This document shows, piece after piece, positions 31,501 to 45,200 of a DNA stretch of 64,000 nucleotides. The notes beneath the pieces were generated by a model, which saw only the letters and a list, made by a program, of their open reading frames with translations, had not been told where the DNA came from and ran no database searches. Every line of letters starts with the position of its first letter. The stretch's first letter is position 1. The stretch is taken from positions 14,890,698 through 14,954,697 of the forward strand of contig OZ037765.1 in assembly GCA_964035545.1 (NCBI GenBank), given 5' to 3'. Position numbers and translations under genes: made by a program. The DNA comes from Bugula neritina (Eukaryota; Animalia; Bryozoa).

Positions 31501-34500
31501 TGCTGTAGCATACTGAAATATACTGTAACACACCGTAATACACTGCAACATACTGCAACATACTGACATACACTGGAACATACTGAAATACACTCCAACA
31601 TACTACAACATACTGAAATACACTGTAACCTACTGAAATATGCTGTAGCACACTGAAATATACTGCAACATACTGAAATATAATGAAAGTTACTACAACA
31701 TACTGAAATACACTGTGACATACTGATATACACTGCAACATACTGCAACATACTGCAACCTACTGCAATATACTGAAATACACTGTAACAGACTGAAATG
31801 TACTGTAACACACTGACATATACTGCAACACATTGAAATATACCGCAACATACTGAAATATGCTGTAGCACACTGAAATACACTGCAACTCACTATAATA
31901 TAGTGTAATATACAGAAATGTACTGTAACATACTGAAATATACTGTAACATACTGAAATCTACTGCAACATACTGAAGTACACTGCAACATACTGCAACA
32001 TACGGAAATACACTGTAACATATTGAAATACACGACAACACATTGAAATATACTGCAACAGACTGAAGGATACGGCAACATACTGAAATATACTGCGACA
32101 CATTGAAATATACTGCAACATACTGAAATATGCTGTATCATACTGAAATATACTGTAACACACTGTAAAATACTGCAACATACTGCAACATACTGCCTTA
32201 CACTGGAACATACTGAAATACACTGCAACATACTACAACATACTGAAATACACTGTACCCTACTGAAATATGCTGTAGCACACTGAAATATACTGCAACA
32301 TACTGAAATATAATGCAAGTTACTACAACATACTGAAATACACTGTGACATACTGGGATACACTGCAACATACTGCAACATACTGCAACATCTTGAAATA
32401 CACTGTAACCTGCTGAAATACACTGTAGCATATTGAAATACGCTGCAACACATTGAAATATACTGCAACATACCGAAATATATGGTAAACTACTGAAATA
32501 TACTGTATCACATTGAAAAATGCTGCAACATACTGAAATATGCTGTAACACACTGAAATATACTGCAAAATACTGAAATACACTGTAACATACTGAAATA
32601 TACTGCAACATACTGAAATACACTGTAACATACTGAAATATACTGCAACATACTGCAACATACTGAAATACACTGTAACGTACTGAAATACACAGCAACA
32701 TACTGCAACATACTGCAACATACTGAAATACGCTGTAATATATTGAATTACACTGCAACACATTGAAATATACTGCAACACACTGAAACATACGGCAACA
32801 TACTGAAATATACTGCAACACACTGAAACATACGGCAACATACTGAAATATACTGCAAAACATTGAAATATACTGCTACATACTGAAACATGCTGTAGCA
32901 TACTGAAATACACTGCAACACACTGAAGTAAACTGTAATATACAGAAATGTACTGTAACATACTGAAACATACGTCAACATACTGAAATGTACTCCAACA
33001 TGCTGAACTATACTGCAACATACTGAAATACACTGTAATAATATTATACTGAATTAAACTGCAACACATTGTAATATACTGCAACATACTGAATCATACA
33101 GCAACATACTGAAATATACTGCAACACATTTAAATATACTGCAACATATTGAAATATGCTGTAGTACCCTGAAATTCACTGCAACTTACTGAAATATAGT
33201 GTAATATACGGAATAGTACTGTAACATACTGAAATATACTGTAACACACTGAAATATGCTGTCATATACTGAAATATACTGTAAATTACTAGAATTATAC
33301 TGCAACATACTGCAACATACTGAAATACACTGTAACCTACTGATATACACTGCAATATACTACAACATACTGAAATACACTGCAACATACTGCAACATAC
33401 TGCAACATACTGAAATACACTGTAACATATTGAAATACACTGCAACATACTGCAACATACTGCAACATACTGCAACATACTGCAACACACTGAAACATAC
33501 GGCAACACACTCACATGTACAGCGACACATTGAAATATACTGCAACATACTGAAATGTGCTGTAGCATACTGAATACACTGCAACACACTGAAATATACT
33601 GCAACATACTGCAACATACCGAATTACACTGTAACAAACTGAAATACACTCCAACATACTACAACATACTGAAATACACTGTAACATATTGAAATACACC
33701 GCAACACATTGAAATATACTGCAACATACCGAAATATATGGTAAACTACTGAAATATACGGTAACACATTGAAACATACCGCAAAATACTAAAATACACT
33801 GCAACACACTGAAGTATACTGTAATATATATAGAAATGTACTGTAAAATACTTAAACATACGACAACATACCAAAAAATATACTGCAACATACTGAATTA
33901 CACTGCAATATCCTGAAATATACTTCAACATACTGAAACATACCTAAAAACATTGAAATATACTGAAATACAGTGTAGGATATTGAAATACACTGCAACA
34001 ATTTGGAATATACAGCAACATACCGAAATATATGGTAACCTACTGAAATATGTTGCAAACTACTGAAATATACTGCAACATACTGCAACATAATGAAATA
34101 TACTATAACACACTGGAATAAACTGCAAAATACTGAAATATACTGTAACATACTGAAACATACTGCAACATACTGAAATATACTGTAACATACTGAAATA
34201 TACTGCAAGAAACTGCAATATACTGAAATACACTGTAACATACTGAAATACACTGCAACATACTGCAACATACTGACATACACTGGAACATACTGAAATA
34301 CACTGCAACATACTACAACATACTGAAATACACTGTAACCTACTGAAATATGCTGTAGCACACTGAAATATACTACAACATACTGAAATACACTGTGACA
34401 TACTGAAATACACTGCAACATACTGCAACATACTGCAACATACTGAAATACACTGTAACATATTGAAATACACTGCAAAACCTTGAAATATACTCCAACA

Positions 34501-37500
34501 CACTGAAGTATACGGCAACATACTGAAATATACTGCGACACATTGAAATATACTGCAATATACTGAAATATGCTGTAGCATACTGAAATATACTGTAACA
34601 CACCGTAATACACTGCAACATACTGCAACATACTGACATACACTGGAACATACTGAAATACACTCCAACATACTACAACATACTGAAATACACTGTAACC
34701 TACTGAAATATGCTGTAGCACACTGAAATATACTGCAACATACTGAAATATAATGAAAGTTACTACAACATACTGAAATACACTGTGACATACTGATATA
34801 CACTGCAACATACTGCAACATACTGCAACCTACTGCAATATACTGAAATACACTGTAACAGACTGAAATGTACTGTAACACACTGACATATACTGCAACA
34901 CATTGAAATATACCGCAACATACTGAAATATGCTGTAGCACACTGAAATACACTGCAACTCACTATAATATAGTGTAATATACAGAAATGTACTGTAACA
35001 TACTGAAATATACTGTAACATACTGAAATCTACTGCAACATACTGAAGTACACTGCAACATACTGCAACATACGGAAATACACTGTAACATATTGAAATA
35101 CACGACAACACATTGAAATATACTGCAACAGACTGAAGGATACGGCAACATACTGAAATATACTGCGACACATTGAAATATACTGCAACATACTGAAATA
35201 TGCTGTATCATACTGAAATATACTGTAACACACTGTAAAATACTGCAACATACTGCAACATACTGCCTTACACTGGAACATACTGAAATACACTGCAACA
35301 TACTACAACATACTGAAATACACTGTACCCTACTGAAATATGCTGTAGCACACTGAAATATACTGCAACATACTGAAATATAATGCAAGTTACTACAACA
35401 TACTGAAATACACTGTGACATACTGGGATACACTGCAACATACTGCAACATACTGCAACATCTTGAAATACACTGTAACCTGCTGAAATACACTGTAGCA
35501 TATTGAAATACGCTGCAACACATTGAAATATACTGCAACATACCGAAATATATGGTAAACTACTGAAATATACTGTATCACATTGAAAAATGCTGCAACA
35601 TACTGAAATATGCTGTAACACACTGAAATATACTGCAAAATACTGAAATACACTGTAACATACTGAAATATACTGCAACATACTGAAATACACTGTAACA
35701 TACTGAAATATACTGCAACATACTGCAACATACTGAAATACACTGTAACGTACTGAAATACACAGCAACATACTGCAACATACTGCAACATACTGAAATA
35801 CGCTGTAATATATTGAATTACACTGCAACACATTGAAATATACTGCAACACACTGAAACATACGGCAACATACTGAAATATACTGCAACACACTGAAACA
35901 TACGGCAACATACTGAAATATACTGCAAAACATTGAAATATACTGCTACATACTGAAACATGCTGTAGCATACTGAAATACACTGCAACACACTGAAGTA
36001 AACTGTAATATACAGAAATGTACTGTAACATACTGAAACATACGTCAACATACTGAAATGTACTCCAACATGCTGAACTATACTGCAACATACTGAAATA
36101 CACTGTAATAATATTATACTGAATTAAACTGCAACACATTGTAATATACTGCAACATACTGAATCATACAGCAACATACTGAAATATACTGCAACACATT
36201 TAAATATACTGCAACATATTGAAATATGCTGTAGTACCCTGAAATTCACTGCAACTTACTGAAATATAGTGTAATATACGGAATAGTACTGTAACATACT
36301 GAAATATACTGTAACACACTGAAATATGCTGTCATATACTGAAATATACTGTAAATTACTAGAATTATACTGCAACATACTGCAACATACTGAAATACAC
36401 TGTAACCTACTGATATACACTGCAATATACTACAACATACTGAAATACACTGCAACATACTGCAACATACTGCAACATACTGAAATACACTGTAACATAT
36501 TGAAATACACTGCAACATACTGCAACATACTGCAACATACTGCAACATACTGCAACACACTGAAACATACGGCAACACACTCACATGTACAGCGACACAT
36601 TGAAATATACTGCAACATACTGAAATGTGCTGTAGCATACTGAATACACTGCAACACACTGAAATATACTGCAACATACTGCAACATACTGAAATACACT
36701 GTAACATACTGAAATACACTGCAACATACTGCAACATACTGAAATACACTGGAACATATTGAAACACACTACAACACATTGAAATATACTGCAACACACT
36801 GAAACATACAGCAACATACTGAAATATACTGCGACACATTGAAATATACTGCAACATACTGAAATATGCTGTAGCATACTGTAATATACTGTAACACACT
36901 TTAATATACTGCAACATACTGCAACATACTGACATACACTGGAACATACTGAAATACACTCCAATATACTACAACATACTGAAATACACTGTAACCTACT
37001 GAAATATGCTGTAGCACACCGAAATATACTGCAACATACTGAAATATAATGCAAGTTACTACAACATACTGAAATACACTGTGACATACTGAGATACACT
37101 GCAACATACTGCAACATACTGCAACATACTGCAACATACTGATATACACTGTAACAGACTGAAATGTACTGTAACACACTGAAATATACTGCAACATGCT
37201 GAAATACACTGTAACATACTGAAATATACTGCAACATACTGCAACATACCGAATTACACTGTAACAAACTGAAATACACTCCAACATACTACAACATACT
37301 GAAATACACTGTAACATATTGAAATACACCGCAACACATTGAAATATACTGCAACATACCGAAATATATGGTAAACTACTGAAATATACGGTAACACATT
37401 GAAACATACCGCAAAATACTAAAATACACTGCAACACACTGAAGTATACTGTAATATATATAGAAATGTACTGTAAAATACTTAAACATACGACAACATA

Positions 37501-38489
37501 CCAAAAAATATACTGCAACATACTGAATTACACTGCAATATCCTGAAATATACTTCAACATACTGAAACATACCTAAAAACATTGAAATATACTGAAATA
37601 CAGTGTAGGATATTGAAATACACTGCAACAATTTGGAATATACAGCAACATACCGAAATATATGGTAACCTACTGAAATATGTTGCAAACTACTGAAATA
37701 TACTGCAACATACTGCAACATAATGAAATATACTATAACACACTGGAATAAACTGCAAAATACTGAAATATACTGTAACATACTGAAACATACTGCAACA
37801 TACTGAAATATACTGTAACATACTGAAATATACTGCAAGAAACTGCAATATACTGAAATACACTGTAACATACTGAAATACACTGCAACATACTGCAACA
37901 TACTGACATACACTGGAACATACTGAAATACACTGCAACATACTACAACATACTGAAATACACTGTAACCTACTGAAATATGCTGTAGCACACTGAAATA
38001 TACTACAACATACTGAAATACACTGTGACATACTGAAATACACTGCAACATACTGCAACATACTGCAACATACTGAAATACACTGTAACATATTGAAATA
38101 CACTGCAAAACCTTGAAATATACTCCAACACACTGAAGTATACGGCAACATACTGAAATATACTGCGACACATTGAAATATACTGCAATATACTGAAATA
38201 TGCTGTAGCATACTGAAATATACTGTAACACACCGTAATACACTGCAACATACTGCAACATACTGACATACACTGGAACATACTGAAATACACTCCAACA
38301 TACTACAACATACTGAAATACACTGTAACCTACTGAAATATGCTGTAGCACACTGAAATATACTGCAACATACTGAAATATAATGAAAGTTACTACAACA
38401 TACTGAAATACACTGTGACATACTGATATACACTGCAACATACTGCAACATACTGCAACCTACTGCAATATACTGAAATACACTGTAAC

Positions 38490-39245
38490 CACAGGATAGT
38501 TAAGGGCATCCTCACTAAGAATATCATAAATTTCTCCCAAAATGTAGTTTAGGTTCTTGAATAATACTACTCTGCGGGTGGCATGCGTGTTGCCTACTTG
38601 CAATTGTTTAGCCTAAGATCAAACTACAACCAATAAGCAGCAACCTTCATTAGGGCTGCGTTATCTATCAACATTTCATTATAGGAGCTACATAAACAAA
38701 GTACCAAGCAAGCTATTCATTAAAGCCTGCCAGCTAGCAAGCCTGTAATTAGCATGTACGCGCCAATATCTTCTCATCCCTATGTGCTCATTGAAGCGTG
38801 AAGCACTGCGCGCTGCTAATTTACTATGAAAAAATATGGCATTTTCAGTGTATAAATCACCAATTTGTGGGTAATCTAGAAGAGTTATTGGAAAAAGAAA
38901 AAAACTTACTCTGGAGAAATACCTCAGGATTCCAGCAGTGCAATTTTTATTCAGATATCATGCTTTGCTGCTGAGATATTTTACTGGTACTGAAAATTCA
39001 GCTTTTCAGGCAAAATTGGCCAAAATTGGGCAGTTTTTTGTCTATAACTTTGCAAAAAAAATTGAAATTGAAATTTCCAAAAAACTTACCCTGGAGAAAA
39101 AGAAGATCTACAGCATAGTTTTTAAATTTTGACTCTAGCACAATTAGATGAGATTTTATTTTACTGGTACTGAATTCTTATATGATTACAATGCAAACCT
39201 CAGCAAGGCAGTTGCAGCTAAAAAGTTGCCCTTAACTATCCTGTG
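38490..39245. mobile_element. Non-autonomous TIR element (MITE-like), family B, 756 bp
   Basis: Perfect 19-bp TIR CACAGGATAGTTAAGGGCA ... TGCCCTTAACTATCCTGTG. The empty site at 34851-34870 reads cactgtaACagactgaaatg and the filled site reads cactgtaAC[element]ACagactg, giving a 2-bp TSD (AC). Higher-order unit arithmetic (+758 bp) agrees. Confidence 0.95.
38899..39174 (+). repeat. Bipartite direct repeat with exact 180-bp offset in family B
   Basis: AAAAAACTTAC[T/C]CTGGAGAAA at 38899 and 39079. TATTTTACTGGTACTGAA at 38977 and 39157. The intervening sequence is poorly conserved but identical in length. Confidence 0.9.
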
Positions 39246-42200
39246 ACAGACTGAAATGTACTGTAACACACTGACATATACTGCAACACATTGAAATATA
39301 CCGCAACATACTGAAATATGCTGTAGCACACTGAAATACACTGCAACTCACTATAATATAGTGTAATATACAGAAATGTACTGTAACATACTGAAATATA
39401 CTGTAACATACTGAAATCTACTGCAACATACTGAAGTACACTGCAACATACTGCAACATACGGAAATACACTGTAACATATTGAAATACACGACAACACA
39501 TTGAAATATACTGCAACAGACTGATGGATACGGCAACATACTGAAATATACTGCGACACATTGAAATATACTGCAACATACTGAAATATGCTGTAGCATA
39601 CTGAAATATACTGTAACACACTGTAAAATACTGCAACATACTGCAACATACTGCCTTACACTGGAACATACTGAAATACACTGCAACATACTACAACATA
39701 CTGAAATACACTGTACCCTACTGAAATATGCTGTAGCACACTGAAATATACTGCAACATACTGAAATATAATGCAAGTTACTACAACATACTGAAATACA
39801 CTGTGACATACTGGGATACACTGCAACATACTGCAACATACTGCAACATCTTGAAATACACTGTAACCTGCTGAAATACACTGTAGCATATTGAAATACG
39901 CTGCAACACATTGAAATATACTGCAACATATCGAAATATATGGTAAACTACTGAAATATACTGTATCACATTGAAAAATGCTGCAACATACTGAAATATG
40001 CTGTAACACACTGAAATATACTGCAAAATACTGAAATACACTGTAACATACTGAAATATACTGCAACATACTGAAATACACTGTAACATACTGAAATATA
40101 CTGCAACATACTGCAACATACTGAAATACACTGTAACGTACTGAAATACACAGCAACATACTGCAACATACTGCAACATACTGAAATACGCTGTAACATA
40201 TTGAATTACACTGCAACACATTGAAATATACTGCAACACACTGAAACATACGGCAACATACTGAAATATACTGCAACACACTGAAACATACGGCAACATA
40301 CTGAAATATACTGCAAAACATTGAAATATACTGCTACATACTGAAACATGCTGTAGCATACTGAAATACACTGCAACACACTGAAGTAAACTGTAATATA
40401 CAGAAATGTACTGTAACATACTGAAACATACGTCAACATACTGAAATGTACTCCAACATGCTGAACTATACTGCAACATACTGAAATACACTGTAATAAT
40501 ATTATACTGAATTAAACTGCAACACATTGTAATATACTGCAACATACTGAATCATACAGCAACATACTGAAATATACTGCAACACATTTAAATATACTGC
40601 AACATATTGAAATATGCTGTAGTACCCTGAAATTCACTGCAACTTACTGAAATATAGTGTAATATACGGAATAGTACTGTAACATACTGAAATATACTGT
40701 AACACACTGAAATATGCTGTCACATACTGAAATATCCTGTAAATTACTAGAATTATACTGCAACATACTGCAACATACTGAAATACACTGTAACCTACTG
40801 ATATACACTGCAATATACTACAACATACTGAAATACACTGCAACATACTGCAACATACTGCAACATACTGAAATACACTGTAACATATTGAAATACACTG
40901 CAACATACTGCAACATACTGCAACATACTGCAACATACTGCAACACACTGAAACATACGGCAACACACTCACATGTACAGCGACACATTGAAATATACTG
41001 CAACATGCTGAAATATGCTGTAGCATACTGAATACACTGCAACACACTGAAATATACTGCAACATACTGCAACATACTGAAATACACTGTAACATACTGA
41101 AATACACTGCAACATACTGAAATACACTGGAACATATTGAAACACACTACAACACATTGAAATATACTGCAACACACTGAAACATACAGCAACATACTGA
41201 AATATACTGCGACACATTGAAATATACTGCAACATACTGAAATATGCTGTAGCATACTGTAATATACTGTAACACACTTTAATATACTGCAACATACTGC
41301 AACATACTGACATACACTGGAACATACTGAAATACACTCCAATATACTACAACATACTGAAATACACTGTAACCTACTGAAATATGCTGTAGCACACCGA
41401 AATATACTGCAACATACTGAAATATAATGCAAGTTACTACAACATACTGAAATACACTGTGACATACTGAGATACACTGCAACATACTGCAACATACTGC
41501 AACATACTGCAACATACTGATATACACTGTAACAGACTGAAATGTACTGTAACACACTGAAATATACTGCAACATGCTGAAATACACTGTAACATACTGA
41601 AATATACTGCAACATACTGCAACATACCGAATTACACTGTAACAAACTGAAATACACTCCAACATACTACAACATACTGAAATACACTGTAACGTATTGA
41701 AATACACCGCAACACATTGAAATATACTGCAACACACTGAAATATACTGCAACATACTGCAACATAATGAAATATACTATAACACACTGGAATAAACTGC
41801 AAAATACTGAAATATACTGTAACATACTGAAACATACTGCAACATACCGAAATATACTGTAACATTCTAAAATATACTGCAAGATACTGCAATATACTGA
41901 AATACACTGTAACATACTGAAATACACTGCAACATACTGCAACATACTGACATACACTGGAACATACTGAAATACACTGCAACATACTACAACATACTGA
42001 AATACACTGTAACCTACTGAAATATGCTGTAGCACACTGAAATATACTGCAACATACTGAAATATAATGCAAGTTACTACAACATACTGAAATACACTGT
42101 GACATACTGAAATACACTGCAACATACTGCAACATACTGCAACATACTGAAATACACTGTAACATATTGAAATACACTGCAAAACCTTGAAATATACTCC

Positions 42201-45200
42201 AACACACTGAAGTATACGGCAACATACCGAAATATACTGCGACACATTGAAATATACTGCAACATACTGAAATATGCTGTAGCATACTGAAATATACTGT
42301 AACACACTGTAATATACTGCAACATACTGCAACATACTGACATACACTGGAACATACTGAAATACACTCCAACATACTACAACATACTGAAATACACTGT
42401 AACCTACTGAAATATGCTGTAGCACACTGAAATATACTGCAACATACTGAAATACAATGAAAGTTACTACAACATACTGAAATACACTGTGACATACTGA
42501 TATACACTGCAACATACTGCAACATACTGCAACCTACTGCAACATACTGAAATACACTGTAACAGACTGAAATGTACTGTAACACACTGACATATACTGC
42601 AACACATTGAAATATACCGCAACATACTGAAATATGCTGTAGCACACTGAAATACACTGCAACTCACTATAATATAGTGTAATATACAGAAATGTACTGT
42701 AACATACTGAAATATACTGTAACATACTGAAATCTACTGCAACATACTGAAGTACACTGCAACATACTGCAACATACGGAAATACACTGTAACATATTGA
42801 AATACACGACAACACATTGAAATATACTGCAACAGACTGAAGGATACGGCAACATACTGAAATATACTGCGACACATTGAAATATACTGCAACATACTGA
42901 ATTATGCTGTAGCATACTGAAATATACTGTAACACACTGTAAAATACTGCAACATACTGCAACATACTGACATACACTGGAACATACTGAAATACACTGC
43001 AACATACTACAACATACTGAAATACACTGTACCCTACTGAAATATGCTGTAGCACACTGAAATATACTGCAACATACTGAAATATAATGCAAGTTACTAC
43101 AACATACTGAAATACACTGTGACATACTCGGATACACTGCAACATACGGCAACATACTGCAACATACTGAAATACACTGTAACCTGCTGAAATACACTGC
43201 AACACACTACAACATACTGAAATACACTGTAACATTATGAATTACACTGCAACACATTGAAAAATACTGCAACATATCGAAATATATGGTAAACAACTGA
43301 AATATACCGTAACACATCGCAAAATACTGCAACATACTGAAATATACTGTAACACACTGAAATATACTGCAACATACTGAAATACATTGTAACATACTGA
43401 AATATACTGCAACATACTGCAACATACTGAAATACATTGTAACATACTGAAATACACTGCAACATACTGCAACATACTGAAATACACTGTAACATATTGA
43501 AGTGCACTGCAACACATTGAAACATACTGCAACACACTGAAACATACGGCAATATACTGAAATATACTGCAGCACATTGAAATATACTGCAACATAGTCA
43601 AATAGAATGCAAGATACTGTAACATTCTGAAACACACTGTGAGATACTGAAAAACACTGTGACATACTTAAATACACTGCAACATACTGCAACATACTGA
43701 AATACACTGCAACACATTGAAATAAACCGCAACATACTTAAATATACGGTAACATACTGAAATATACTGTAACTCATTGAAAAACATTGCAACATACTGA
43801 AACATACCGAAATATGCTGTAGCACACTGAAATACACCGCAGTTCACTGAAAAATAGTGTAATATACGGAAATGTACCGTAACATACTGAAATATACTGT
43901 AACAGACTGAAATGTACTTTAACACACTGAAATATACTGCAACATGCTGAAATACACTGTAACATACTGAAATATACTGCAACATACTGCAACATACCGA
44001 ATTACACTGTAACAAACTGAAATACACTCCAACATACTACAACATACTGAAATACACTGTAACATATTGAAATACACCGCAACACATTGAAATATACTGC
44101 AACATACCGAAATATATGGTAAACTACTGAAATATACGGTAACACATTGAAACATACCGCAAAATACTAAAATACACTGCAACACACTGAAGTATACTGT
44201 AATATATATAGAAATGTACTGTAAAATACTTAAACATACGACAACATACCAAAAAATATACTGCAACATACTGAATTACACTGCAATATCCTGAAATATA
44301 CTTCAACATACTGAAACATACCTAAAAACATTGAAATATACTGAAATACAGTGTAGGATATTGAAATACACTGCAACAATTTGGAATATACAGCAACATA
44401 CCGAAATATATGGTAACCTACTGAAATATGTTGCAAACTACTGAAATATACTGCAACATACTGCAACATAATGAAATATACTATAACACACTGGAATAAA
44501 CTGCAAAATACTGAAATATACTGTAACATACTGAAACATACTGCAACATACCGAAATATACTGTAACGTACTGAAATATACTGCAAGAAACTGCAATATA
44601 CTGAAATACACTGTAACATACTGAAATACACTGCAACATACTGCAACATACTGACATACACTGGAACATACTGAAATACACTGCAACATACTACAACATA
44701 CTGAAATACACTGTAACCTACTGAAATATGCTGTAGCACACTGAAATATACTGCAACATACTGAAATATAATGCAAGTTACTACAACATACTGAAATACA
44801 CTGTGACATACTGAAATACACTGCAACATACTGCAACATACTGCAACATACTGAAATACACTGTAACATATTGAAACACACTGCAAAACCTTGAAATATA
44901 CTCCAACACACTGAAGTATACGGCAACATACTGGAATATACTGCGACACATTGAAATACACTGCAACATACTGAAATATGCTGTAGCATACTGAAATATA
45001 CTGTAACACACTGTAATATACTGCAACATACTGCAACATACTGACATACACTGGAACATACTGAAATACACTCCAACATACTACAACATACTGAAATACA
45101 CTGTAACAGACTGAAATGTACTGTAACACACTGACATATACTGCAACACATTGAAATATACCGCAACATACTGAAATATGCTGTAGCACACTGAAATACA

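Larger units (their letters stand above)
4594..38489 (+). repeat. 10-bp satellite array, segment 2
   Basis: Same monomer family and orientation, uninterrupted for ~33.9 kb. Confidence 0.99.
29406..40493 (+). repeat. Three tandem copies of the 3630-bp higher-order unit (copy 2 lacks 560 bp; copy 3 carries family B)
   Basis: Marker TAATAATATTATACT at 29406, 33036, 36106 and 40494. Spacings are 3630, 3070 (3630-560) and 4388 (3630+756+2). Confidence 0.92.

Noticed and set aside
4987-41031. Short plus-strand ORFs (MLSHTEIYCKLLELYCNILQH...)
   Set aside because: Chance stop-free frames of the same satellite, repeated with the higher-order unit.
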